Source: an uncultured Chloracidobacterium sp. (GTDB taxonomy: Bacteria; Acidobacteriota; Blastocatellia; Pyrinomonadales; Pyrinomonadaceae). From it: 64,000 bases of DNA. This document shows positions 36,681-45,872 of this stretch, in pieces. The notes beneath the pieces are model-generated. The model was not told the DNA's origin. It saw nothing but the letters and a program-made list of their open reading frames with translations, and did no database searches. The DNA lies in contig CAZGSC010000001.1 of NCBI GenBank assembly GCA_964528325.1, forward strand, positions 6,003-70,002, in the 5' to 3' direction. The translations under genes and the position numbers were made by a program. The first letter of the stretch is position 1. Every line of letters begins with the position of its first letter.

Positions 36681-38243
36681 CTAAGTCCAATAGTTTCGGT
36701 CGAGCGAGCGGTAATTGATGGCCTCGCTAATATGGTTGGGCTGGATGTTTTCGCTGCCGTCCAGATCGGCGATGGTGCGTGAGACCTTTAAGATGCGATC
36801 ATGTGCCCGCGCGGATAAACCCTGACGGAGCATTGCCTTTTCAAGCAACTCTTCGCTCTGCGAGTCAAGAGCGCAGAATGTGCGGATCTGTTTAGGAGAC
36901 ATTGCCGAGTTTGAAAAAACTCCGCCGGAACTGAATCGTCTTAGCTGTATTTCGCGTGCTTTGACAACTCGTTCGCGGATCACTTCCGAGCGATCGCCCT
37001 CCGGCACACCGCGGCCACGAAGTTCATTGAACTTAACGGCGGGTACGTCGATGTGAATATCTATTCTGTCCAATAGCGGTCCCGAGATCTTGCCGACATA
37101 TCGCTGTATCTCAGAGGGCGAGCATTTACATTCGCGGGATGAGCCGAAGTAGCCGCACTTACAAGGATTCATAGAGGCTACGAGTGTAAAGTTCGCCGGA
37201 AAGGTCAACGAAGTTGCAGCACGAGAGATCGTGACCGTCTTGTCTTCCATCGGCTGGCGCAAAACCTCGAGAACGCTGCGGTCAAATTCCGGTAATTCGT
37301 CGAGAAACAAGACCCCGAGATGTGAGAGAGAAACTTCACCCGGTTTAGGTATCGAGCCGCCGCCGATCAGTCCTGCCTGCGAAACGGTATGATGCGGCGA
37401 TTTAAATGGCCGCTCAATGATCAAACCTGCTTTACCAGTTAGGCCTGCGACAGAGTGGATCTTAGTTATCTCTATTGCCTCTTCAAATTCCAGGGGCGGC
37501 AGAATGGTCGGCAAACGCTTGGCAAGCATCGTCTTGCCCGAACCCGGCGGGCCGATAAACAGGATGTTGTGGCCGCCCGCGCTGGCGACCTCGAGAGCCC
37601 GTTTAGCGGTCTGCTGGCCGCGCACCTCGTTAAGATCCACACGATATTTGTTCTCGCGGGAACTCAAATCCGAAATATCGAGCCTCAGCGGCCTGACGGC
37701 AGTTTCGCGTCCTGTTTGCAGGTCTTGCGACAGTTCTGCCGCTGTGCGGAGATCTTTGACCGGAAAGACATTGATGCCGTTGACGACTGCTGCTTCGGTC
37801 GCATTTTCGTCTGGAAGCAGCAGGTTTTTAACGCCGGCCTCACGAGCTTTTAGAGCGATGGATAAGGCTCCGCGAACAGGCCTCACTCGTCCGTCGAGCG
37901 ACAATTCGCCTACGCTCATCGTTTGCTGCATACTGTCGATCCCAAGATCGCCCGCCGCACCAAGAATCGCCAAAGCAATGGGCAGATCGAAGGCCGCTCC
38001 CTCTTTGCGGACGTCGGCCGGAGCAAGGTTGACGGTGATCTTTTGGATCGGGAAAAAGTAGCGGCTGTTCGTGATCGCTGCGCGGATGCGCTCGCGCGAC
38101 TCGCGGATAGCAGTATCCGGCAAACCGACTACGGTAAAGTTTGGAGACTGGTCGTTCTCAGCGCTCGGACGCAGGGCAACCTCGATGTCCACAACCAGAG
38201 CATCGATGCCGTACACGGTCGCCGATTGCGAGAGGAAAAGCAT
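36681..38243 (-). CDS. comM: YifB/ComM Mg-chelatase-like AAA+ ATPase, full length
   Basis: It is 520 aa. It has an N-terminal Lon-protease-like ChlI domain, the Walker [19 protein letters not shown], and the C-terminal ...[15 protein letters not shown] typical of the family. Confidence 0.85.
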   Translation of the reverse strand: MLFLSQSATVYGIDALVVDIEVALRPSAENDQSPNFTVVGLPDTAIRESRERIRAAITNSRYFFPIQKITVNLAPADVRKEGAAFDLPIALAILGAAGDLGIDSMQQTMSVGELSLDGRVRPVRGALSIALKAREAGVKNLLLPDENATEAAVVNGINVFPVKDLRTAAELSQDLQTGRETAVRPLRLDISDLSSRENKYRVDLNEVRGQQTAKRALEVASAGGHNILFIGPPGSGKTMLAKRLPTILPPLEFEEAIEITKIHSVAGLTGKAGLIIERPFKSPHHTVSQAGLIGGGSIPKPGEVSLSHLGVLFLDELPEFDRSVLEVLRQPMEDKTVTISRAATSLTFPANFTLVASMNPCKCGYFGSSRECKCSPSEIQRYVGKISGPLLDRIDIHIDVPAVKFNELRGRGVPEGDRSEVIRERVVKAREIQLRRFSSGGVFSNSAMSPKQIRTFCALDSQSEELLEKAMLRQGLSARAHDRILKVSRTIADLDGSENIQPNHISEAINYRSLDRNYWT

Positions 38244-38742
38244 AGACTAATTCGATATTTGAAAAAAGATTATTTGCAGTCTAGCATCGTAATTTTCAAA
38301 TGTCGATATATTGTCGTCGTTAACTTTTTCCGCTCATCCCGACCTTTCGTGTCCCAAGCTGTCTCACTGCCCGAGCGAAACGCGCAACTTACTGTTTTTA
38401 TTAGAGTTGCGACGTTTTTGGCCCTCCGTTTCGCGTTTTTTGAGAAAAAATAACACATTGTGTCACACAATTTGCAATTGTTGTAAGTAATGCACTTACT
38501 TGTTTCACTTGTTCGCGGCACAGCGATCTTCGCTGAGACAAGCTTTCCACCAAAACAACGATACCCAGTCGCTACCGCGCCTGGGTTCTGACACCTTCAT
38601 TTTCAACTTTCCACTATTCACTACATTCGTCCCGCACCAACCTAACGCACTTTAGAACAAATTGGAATACTAACCTTCTCGATATGACGCAATTTTCTCG
38701 ATTTGACGTAACTTTCCGACTTTGGCAGCCGGCCCATTTTCA

Positions 38743-38770
38743 TTGACTTACGAGCAAAAGGGGATATAAT
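38743..38770 (+). promoter_or_regulatory. sigma70-type promoter candidate for the giant surface-protein gene
   Basis: TTGACT (38743-38748), a 16-nt spacer, then TATAAT (38765-38770). It lies about 140 nt upstream of the ATG at 38909. Confidence 0.5.
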
Positions 38771-38908
38771 GCTCGGCAACTCTCAGATGTATTTGTGAGG
38801 CAAAAAAAGACGGATTTTTTGTATTTCTGGCAATATTTCACCAGTTCTTACGCATAAACAAATGAAAAGGCAAAAGGCAGAATTATTACGATCCGGCGGA
38901 GCGATGTT

Positions 38909-41900
38909 ATGCGAGAAATGAGATATGCGATAGGTTTGGCGGCTGCGGCAGTTATTGTAGTTATGGCTCTTAATGTTCTGATCCGTAAGGTTGAAGGGCA
39001 AACAGTGATCAGCCCGGCTGATAACACTTCAAATATTGAGTCAAACGAGCGAACACCGACGCCGAGCGGTGAAATACCGGACGAATATCCGGAACAGAAT
39101 TCCCTTTTCCCAGTTGTCGGCCAAGCAGATACCGAGAATCCAATTTCACCGCTCTCAGAGGTAAAGCTGGCTGCTTCGGACGGAGCCGCAAACCATCGAT
39201 TCAGCGAATCGATTGCGATCTACGGGGATACAATCGTTGTCGGAGCGCCTGGCTCTTCGGTTGGTGGCGTGAACCAAGGTGCTGCGTATGTTTACGTCCG
39301 TGACGGATCGAATTGGGTGTTACAGCAGAAACTGACCGCCTCAGACGGGGCGGTGGGCGATAGGTTTGGCACGGCGGTCGCCATTTTCGGTGACACTGTG
39401 ATAGTTGGTGCGCCCTTTGATGACGTTGGTTCCACGTCTACCAACCACGGATCGGCGTACGTCTTTGTGCGAAATGGGACAAACTGGACCGAGGTACAAC
39501 ACCTGATACCGAGCAACAGCCAGCTAGACGCCCATTTTGGTTTCTCGGTTGCGTTGTATGGCGACAAGATGGTGATCGGTGCTCCAAGGCACATCCAGAC
39601 CATTATCAATCCGCAGAGGCGAACGGGCGTAGCATACTCGTTCATTAAGAGCGGTGCGAGTTGGGTCGAACAGCAGATTTTAACGCCGAGTGATTCAACG
39701 CTCGATAACGAGCGATTCGGGGATCGAGTCACCATGTCCTCAGATACTGTCGTCGTCAGCTCACCTGAGAAAAGTATAAATGGAAATATCATACAGGGCA
39801 TCGTGTCGGTTTTTGTTTCAAACGGAGGCTCGTGGACAGAACAGGCTGTCTTGACCGCAAATGACGCCCGGAACTTTGGTAGAGGTATTACGATAACGGG
39901 CGATGTCCTGATCGTTGGTGCTCCCACTTCCACGGCCCAATTCAGCAACCAGGGAGCCGCCTATGTTTTTGCCCGCACTGGCACGAGTTGGGCGCAGCAG
40001 CAGAAACTTACAGCGAGCGACGCCCTGGCAAGCGCCGGTTTCGGGTACGCCGTGTCGATGATTGGAAACACCGTTGTTATTGGAGCATGGACGATGAACA
40101 TCGGAGCCAACAACCTTCAGGGAGCGGCTTACATTTTCAGAGACAATGGTGTTTCCTGGACTCAGCAAACGCGAGTGACTGCCGCGGACGGTGCTGCGAG
40201 TGACCGGTTTGGCTCCTCTGTAGGCCTCACTGACAGCTGGGTTGTAATTGGGGCGGTTGAGGATGACATCGGTGCGAACGGCAACCAGGGCTCGGCATAC
40301 GTTTTTAACCGATGCGAGATCGGCGCACGCGGGGAATCGGCCGCAGGCGCACAGTGCGAGTCTGAGATCATCGTTAATACTACTGGCGACGAGCCTGATG
40401 AGGATACTAGCGATACTGAGTGTGATGTCGATGAAGCATCGAGCGGACTACAGTGCACCCTGCGCGCCGCCATACGGGTCGCCAACGACCTGGCCGGCCC
40501 TGACACGATCAAGTTCAACATCCCCGGCAGCGGCGTCCAAACGATCGCACCCGCAACCGCTCTGCCCAATATCACCTCAAAGGTCACCATCGACGGGACC
40601 TCACAGCCGGGCTATTCCGCCTCACCGTTGATCGAGATTCAAGGCTCTCTAGCAGGGAACGGCGTGAACGGGCTCGTCTTCTTGGGAGCAAGCAACCAGT
40701 CCACCGTCAAGGCCTTGACGATCAATCGTTTCGAGCAAGCAGGCGTGTTATTCCAAAGCTCGGAAAATCGCATCGAAAATTCTTGGATCGGGCTGAGTGC
40801 TGACGGCTTGTCTGCCGGGTCACCTGTCCAAGGGGCTGGTGTCCGGATTCTCAGTGCAGACAATCATGTCGGCGGGGCCAGAAATGGCGCTGCCGCAAAT
40901 AACCTGATCGCGGGCAACGCTGTCGCACAGGTTTTTTTGGAGACACTAAATGCAACGAGGAACAAGATCAAAGGAAACAATATTGGTCTAAACGTCAGCG
41001 GCATCCCTCCAGAAGGTAATTTCTTGACGGGGGTTCTTTTGCTGCAAGCCGGTTCGAACAACACGATCGGAGGAAATACCGCTGCGGATATAAACATAAT
41101 TACAGCGGATGCCACTGGGATTTCTATCGATAATACTGAGGCCTTCGACAATCAAAACACCATCGCTGGAAATCGAATACTCGGCTGCGGCACGGGCGTG
41201 TCGATAGTCAATTCTGGCGGCAACACAATCGGCGGCGATTTTGGTGCAGGCAGTAACCATATCGGAGGTAACTCAAGTTTCGGAATTACGATCGATGACA
41301 CTGTTGACGAAGCGTTAGCTTTCTTGGTCGATGAGAACAAGGTGTTTGGAAACCTCATAGGCATTTCGCCCGAGTATCAGATGTTCGGTAACGGTACGGG
41401 AGTCGGAATAATTAAAGGAACCAATAATTCAATAGGAAGCGGTCAGCCGCAACATCGCAATATTATTAGTGAGAATTCAAGTGCGGGCGTCGGGTTGAAC
41501 CCCGGTGCGAAATTGAATTTGGTGCTGGGAAACTATGTCGGTACTAATGCCGATGGGACTTCGGAAAGCGGAAACGGATCCGGCGTGATGATTCGAGGAA
41601 ATCAAAACACCGTTGCCGGTAATTTGATCTCGGGTAATCAATACGGAGTCAGTGTCCAAAGTTTCGAAACGAATCCCGCACCGCTCGGTAACACAGTTCA
41701 GAGCAATCGTATAGGGCTTGCAGCGTCTGGTGACGAGGAGATTTCAAATCAAATTGGAGTTTTTCTTCTCGAAGGAAAAACGATAGTTACTGGAAACACG
41801 ATTTCGGGAAATACAGCCGAGGGAATTCTTATTCTAAGCAACGAAAATACTATAACAAGCAATATGATCGGCACGGACGTGACCGGCAATTCTGCGGTGG

Positions 41901-44041
41901 GCAATGGCGATGGCGGAGTTCGCATTGCGGGTACACTCAATACGGTTATCGGCAATACGATTTCCGGCAATAAAAATGGAGTTAACATAACCCGGGCTAT
42001 TCCGAACGAACCGATTCCAACCAATAATGTTGTACAAGGTAACTTCATCGGAACTAATGCAACGGGTACTGCTCCTGTTCCAAATACCGAAAATGGAGTC
42101 GAGGTTGGTAACAATGCGATCGACAACAAGATCGGCGGTCTCACATCAGGCGCGGGAAATATTATTTCCGGTAATGGCATGGCGGGAATTTTGGTCCAAC
42201 ACTTAGGGGGTGGCGGTGCTATAGCGCCGTTTGAGACCAAAATACAAGGAAACTCCATCGGCACAGATCCCTCCGGCACCGCTGCGATACCTAACACCGG
42301 ATCTGGTGTTTATATAAGAGGTGGCATTTCGACGCGGGTCGGTGGCACTGGGAGTGATATGCCCGCAGCTCGCAATATCATTTCAGGCAATGGAGGCGAC
42401 GGCATACGAATCGCCGACAACGGTATCGTGAATCGGATCACAGGCAATTACATAGGTGTCGCAGCCGACGGCGTGAGCGCGTTGGGCAACACCGGAAACG
42501 GCGTAACCATTGCGAGTGGCTCGGCGAGCAACATCATCGGCGGCCCAGAAACGAACGCTGGCAACACGATCGCATTCAACGCTAATGGGGTAGTTCTCTC
42601 GCCCGATGCCGGTGCGGGCAATCTCATCGACCCCAATCGCATTTTCGCTAATGCACTCTTAGGGATTGATCTTGGCGGTGATGGTGTTACTCCTAATGAT
42701 CCGGCGGATGCGGATGTCGGGCCGAACAAGCTGCAGAACTATCCAACGTTTGTCTTCTCGATCAGCGGCGGCAATTTGATCGTCAACTACAAGGTAGATT
42801 CGGCACCGGAGAATTCTGCGTATGGCACGAATGGAATTTATGTTGAATTCTTCGAGGCGGATTCTACCGGGGCCGGACGAGATTTCCTTGGGTCGGATTC
42901 TTATCTGCTCAGCGATTATTCGAGCGGCAGCCCGGGTTCAAGAAAGAAGAATCTCGGTAACGCGGCGGCACTTGGGTTTGCGGAGGGTGACACAATGACC
43001 GCCACGGCGACCGACGCCGACGGCAACTCGTCGGAGTTTACACCACCGGTCAGCAGCGCGCCGTCGTTCATCAGCGGGACAGTCACTTACGCCAACGCGA
43101 TCCCTGCCTCGACGCGATTTGTCTCAAATGTATTGATAAGTGGTGCGGGTTCGCAAAATGTTTCGACGACGACTGCGGCTCCGGGTGCAATTGCAGGTCA
43201 GTATACTTTGATGGGCTTCGGTTCGGGTTCTTACAGCGTTTCGCCTTCAAAAACTGGCGGCGTGAACAACATCACCTCGTTTGACGCAGCGAGGATCTCA
43301 CAGCACGTTGCCGGGCCGCCGAATCCGCAATTGACCGGAAATCAACTTATTGTGGCTGATGTCAGCGGAAACACGTCGGTGACTTCGTTCGATGCGGCGA
43401 TGATCGCAAAGTTCGTGGCCGGGCCTCCGTATGCCTCACCAGGCATTGGCTCGACCGCGACCTGGAGATTTACTCCTGCGAACAGGAATTATGCGTCGGT
43501 CACGAGCAGCATTTCCGGTGAAGATTATTCGGCGCTACTAATGGGTGAGGTCTCGGGGAATTGGAACAATACAGGTACAAGGCCCGCGGGAAGAGTGGAA
43601 AGTGGAAAGTTGAAAGTGGACCGTGAAGACGGCGGACCGGAGAGAGGTATTGCGGTCGCGCTGCCGACGCTTGTTGCTTCTTCTGATAAAGAGATCCTTG
43701 TTCCTGTAAATGTTCAAGGCATCGCGAACAAGGGCGTGATCTCATATGAGTTCGATCTCAGGTATGATGCTTCGGTGATACAGCCGCTGGTTGATCCGGT
43801 TGATGTAAAAGACACAGCGAGCCGAGGGCTTTCGGTTGTGACAAATGCGGCCGAGCCGGGGCTTTTACGAGTTGTGGTTTACGGAGCCTTTCCAATAGAC
43901 GAGAACGGCGTGATGTTGAATCTCAGATTCACGGCGGTCGGAGGAGCGGGTTCGGTTTCACCGATCTTGTTCGAGCGAATAATGTTCAATGAGGGCGAGC
44001 CGCGAGTTAGTATTGCAGACGGAAAAGTTGAATTGTTCTAA
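38909..44041 (+). CDS. giant (1710 aa) surface protein with a 7-blade FG-GAP-like propeller, a CSLREA-type motif, a long right-handed beta-helix, dockerin-like repeats and a C-terminal cohesin-like domain
   Basis: The N-terminus is hydrophobic. Seven units of about 55 aa follow the pattern KLTASDGAxxDRFGxxVAIxGDTxVVGAPxDD...GSAYVF.R.G..W. Then come CTLRAAIRVAN...IKFNIPG, dozens of N.I.GN beta-helix turns, and NDPADADVGPNKLQNYP. ITSFDAARISQHVAG and ADVSGNTSVTSFDAAMIAKFVAG are dockerin-like. ISYEFDLRYDASVIQP...MLNLRFTAVG is cohesin-like. Confidence 0.8.
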   Translation: MREMRYAIGLAAAAVIVVMALNVLIRKVEGQTVISPADNTSNIESNERTPTPSGEIPDEYPEQNSLFPVVGQADTENPISPLSEVKLAASDGAANHRFSESIAIYGDTIVVGAPGSSVGGVNQGAAYVYVRDGSNWVLQQKLTASDGAVGDRFGTAVAIFGDTVIVGAPFDDVGSTSTNHGSAYVFVRNGTNWTEVQHLIPSNSQLDAHFGFSVALYGDKMVIGAPRHIQTIINPQRRTGVAYSFIKSGASWVEQQILTPSDSTLDNERFGDRVTMSSDTVVVSSPEKSINGNIIQGIVSVFVSNGGSWTEQAVLTANDARNFGRGITITGDVLIVGAPTSTAQFSNQGAAYVFARTGTSWAQQQKLTASDALASAGFGYAVSMIGNTVVIGAWTMNIGANNLQGAAYIFRDNGVSWTQQTRVTAADGAASDRFGSSVGLTDSWVVIGAVEDDIGANGNQGSAYVFNRCEIGARGESAAGAQCESEIIVNTTGDEPDEDTSDTECDVDEASSGLQCTLRAAIRVANDLAGPDTIKFNIPGSGVQTIAPATALPNITSKVTIDGTSQPGYSASPLIEIQGSLAGNGVNGLVFLGASNQSTVKALTINRFEQAGVLFQSSENRIENSWIGLSADGLSAGSPVQGAGVRILSADNHVGGARNGAAANNLIAGNAVAQVFLETLNATRNKIKGNNIGLNVSGIPPEGNFLTGVLLLQAGSNNTIGGNTAADINIITADATGISIDNTEAFDNQNTIAGNRILGCGTGVSIVNSGGNTIGGDFGAGSNHIGGNSSFGITIDDTVDEALAFLVDENKVFGNLIGISPEYQMFGNGTGVGIIKGTNNSIGSGQPQHRNIISENSSAGVGLNPGAKLNLVLGNYVGTNADGTSESGNGSGVMIRGNQNTVAGNLISGNQYGVSVQSFETNPAPLGNTVQSNRIGLAASGDEEISNQIGVFLLEGKTIVTGNTISGNTAEGILILSNENTITSNMIGTDVTGNSAVGNGDGGVRIAGTLNTVIGNTISGNKNGVNITRAIPNEPIPTNNVVQGNFIGTNATGTAPVPNTENGVEVGNNAIDNKIGGLTSGAGNIISGNGMAGILVQHLGGGGAIAPFETKIQGNSIGTDPSGTAAIPNTGSGVYIRGGISTRVGGTGSDMPAARNIISGNGGDGIRIADNGIVNRITGNYIGVAADGVSALGNTGNGVTIASGSASNIIGGPETNAGNTIAFNANGVVLSPDAGAGNLIDPNRIFANALLGIDLGGDGVTPNDPADADVGPNKLQNYPTFVFSISGGNLIVNYKVDSAPENSAYGTNGIYVEFFEADSTGAGRDFLGSDSYLLSDYSSGSPGSRKKNLGNAAALGFAEGDTMTATATDADGNSSEFTPPVSSAPSFISGTVTYANAIPASTRFVSNVLISGAGSQNVSTTTAAPGAIAGQYTLMGFGSGSYSVSPSKTGGVNNITSFDAARISQHVAGPPNPQLTGNQLIVADVSGNTSVTSFDAAMIAKFVAGPPYASPGIGSTATWRFTPANRNYASVTSSISGEDYSALLMGEVSGNWNNTGTRPAGRVESGKLKVDREDGGPERGIAVALPTLVASSDKEILVPVNVQGIANKGVISYEFDLRYDASVIQPLVDPVDVKDTASRGLSVVTNAAEPGLLRVVVYGAFPIDENGVMLNLRFTAVGGAGSVSPILFERIMFNEGEPRVSIADGKVELF

Positions 44042-44245
44042 TCCAAAATGCGTAAGAGCCTGCGGCTGACAGTTTCTCGTCACCACCTTTGCTAAATGGC
44101 TCAGTGGATTGATCGCTCTGCTCTGAGGTCTATAACCTTACGGGGGCTTGCCTCGTATTGTTTTGAGTATTCTGTCCTTTATTTATACAATTAGGTTTAT
44201 GGAATTAGCGATGATCGGCCAGCCGGCCGACAAAGCGAGGAATCG

Positions 44246-44860
44246 ATGAGAGAATTTTTTAAAGGCCTGATATTGTTTGTAGTTTTTTGCATTACTTTTT
44301 CATCTCTGACGGCTTGTAGCGGGACGCAAGCGGGAAATGCGAGTTCCGCAAACAGCTTGGCAAAAGGCAACTCACAGACGTCCGGCAATAAGGGTGCAGA
44401 TTATCCTCCAGTGGTTTCAGGTATTTCGGAGGGCGTAATTCACCTTTTGGATGGCACCAAAACAAAGCTCTCAGATCACAAGGGCAAGGTGGTCGTACTC
44501 AATCTATGGGGTATTTGGTGCGGCCCGTGCCGCGACGAGATGCCGCATCTTGCCGCTATGCAAAAGCAGTATGCGGATAAAGGATTTGAGGTGATCGGCC
44601 TGAATGTAGGTGACCACGAAGGCAACGCTGAGCCAGTTGAGAATATCAAGCGATTTGCAGAACAGTCGAAGATCGACTACACGCTTGCTCGGATCGAGAG
44701 CCCGATGATCAATCAGTTTTATCTACTTTCAAAACAGCAGTCCGTGCCGCAAACCATACTCGTTGACCGCGAAGGCCGTTTGCGTGGACTTTTTGTCGGC
44801 GGCGGTCCGCGTGTCTATAACGAACTGCAGCAGACTCTCGATAGAACTATGAACGAGTAA
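44246..44860 (+). CDS. TlpA-family thiol:disulfide oxidoreductase lipoprotein
   Basis: It has the lipobox LTAC and the thioredoxin motif WGIWCGPCRDEMP. Confidence 0.8.
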   Translation: MREFFKGLILFVVFCITFSSLTACSGTQAGNASSANSLAKGNSQTSGNKGADYPPVVSGISEGVIHLLDGTKTKLSDHKGKVVVLNLWGIWCGPCRDEMPHLAAMQKQYADKGFEVIGLNVGDHEGNAEPVENIKRFAEQSKIDYTLARIESPMINQFYLLSKQQSVPQTILVDREGRLRGLFVGGGPRVYNELQQTLDRTMNE

Positions 44861-45782
44861 CATCGCCAACCTTCGGCTCGACCAGCAAAGTCTTAAAGCT
44901 GGACAAACTCACCAATCCCGGCGCCGAGCGGCGCGGTTTATTTACAAATTTTTTTTGGGTGTAATTTACAGCGGCTTTTGTCTGTTTGCTTCCGCCACTG
45001 TAAAAGGCGGCAAGCTGCGCGGCCTCGACAAGTGTGCGGTTCGGGATCTCTTTCCGATTAGGATTTCTAATGACAACGTGTGAGCCGGGATAATCGGCAG
45101 CGTGCATCCACAGGTCGAGGGAACGCGCGATCCGAAATGTCAGGTAGTCATTGTCCGCCGCTTTCTTGCCCACAAGTATCTCGAAGCCATCCGATGACAT
45201 AAATCGTCTAGCCCCTTTGAACACAGCTTCTTGTTTTTTCTTACGCCCGATTGGCGCAGCTTTTTGCGTCGGCGTTATCAGCGTTGATAGGAATTCCAGG
45301 TCACCGGCTTCGATGGCTGCGTCTATTTGCCGCAATGCGGTTTCGGCAAGTTCTATCGCCGCTTTGGTATTTTCGATCCGCTCATCGATAATGCGCTGGC
45401 CGTTTCGCGCTTTTGCATACCGTCGAAAGTAGCTTTCCGCAACCTCGCTGAGCGAAGCATTTTCGTCGCCTTCTATCTCACGCGTCGGTGCAGCCTCATC
45501 AAAATAGTCCGTAACAAGAATATGGTTCGCATTTCGTGTGGCGGTGCCGACATTTGCAAGCAGCAGATCACCGTAACGTTTCCATTTTTCCGGGTCGCCG
45601 TGTTTTTCGAGATCACTTTGGAGGTTATCGATCAACTTTCGATGTCTTGCCAGCGAGGCTGCAACCTTTCGCCGCGCCGCGGCCACAGCTCGCTCAAAGG
45701 CCGCTTCCCTTTCGAGTTCTTTCGCAGATCTTATTGGCAGCTCGGCGTTCATTCGATTAATTGTAGCGAGAATCGGCGACAA
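44847..45782 (-). CDS. NFACT-R (DUF814) domain protein, an RqcH/FbpA-like C-terminal half without the NFACT-N domain
   Basis: It has a coiled-coil-like N-terminus, then FMSSDGFEILVGKKAADNDYLTFRIARSLDLWMHAADYPGSHVVIRNP (DUF814). Only 90 nt separate its start from the upstream gene. Confidence 0.65.
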   Translation of the reverse strand: MSPILATINRMNAELPIRSAKELEREAAFERAVAAARRKVAASLARHRKLIDNLQSDLEKHGDPEKWKRYGDLLLANVGTATRNANHILVTDYFDEAAPTREIEGDENASLSEVAESYFRRYAKARNGQRIIDERIENTKAAIELAETALRQIDAAIEAGDLEFLSTLITPTQKAAPIGRKKKQEAVFKGARRFMSSDGFEILVGKKAADNDYLTFRIARSLDLWMHAADYPGSHVVIRNPNRKEIPNRTLVEAAQLAAFYSGGSKQTKAAVNYTQKKFVNKPRRSAPGLVSLSSFKTLLVEPKVGDVTRS

Positions 45783-45800
45783 TGCAGAAGCCGACGCAAT

Positions 45801-45842
45801 AGTAAGGGCGTTCCACTCGGTATTGAGTGTAACGCCCTTACT
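45801..45842. other. 12-bp perfect-stem hairpin between the RDD gene and the NFACT-R gene
   Basis: AGTAAGGGCGTT, an 18-nt loop, then AACGCCCTTACT. There is no U-tract on either strand, so it is not a canonical terminator. Confidence 0.5.
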
Positions 45843-45872
45843 AAGGTGCGACTTCCGGATATCAAGATGATT

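Noticed and set aside
37417-38453. Plus-strand ORFs 37417-38061, 37455-37853 and 37923-38453
   Set aside because: They are antisense shadows of the well-supported comM gene or extend into its upstream intergenic region. Their composition is low-complexity and Arg/Ser/Ala-rich.
39292-42729. Multiple minus-strand ORFs inside the giant gene (for example 39292-39948, 40162-40590, 41749-42297)
   Set aside because: They are antisense to a continuous 1710-codon frame with strong repeat-domain signatures. Repetitive Gly/Asn/Thr/Ile-rich coding sequence typically leaves the opposite strand open.
43590-43625. Short GTGGAAAG / TTGAAAG micro-repeat inside the giant gene
   Set aside because: There are only about three imperfect 7-8-nt units. 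They are in frame (RVESGKLKVD), too short to support slippage or regulatory claims.
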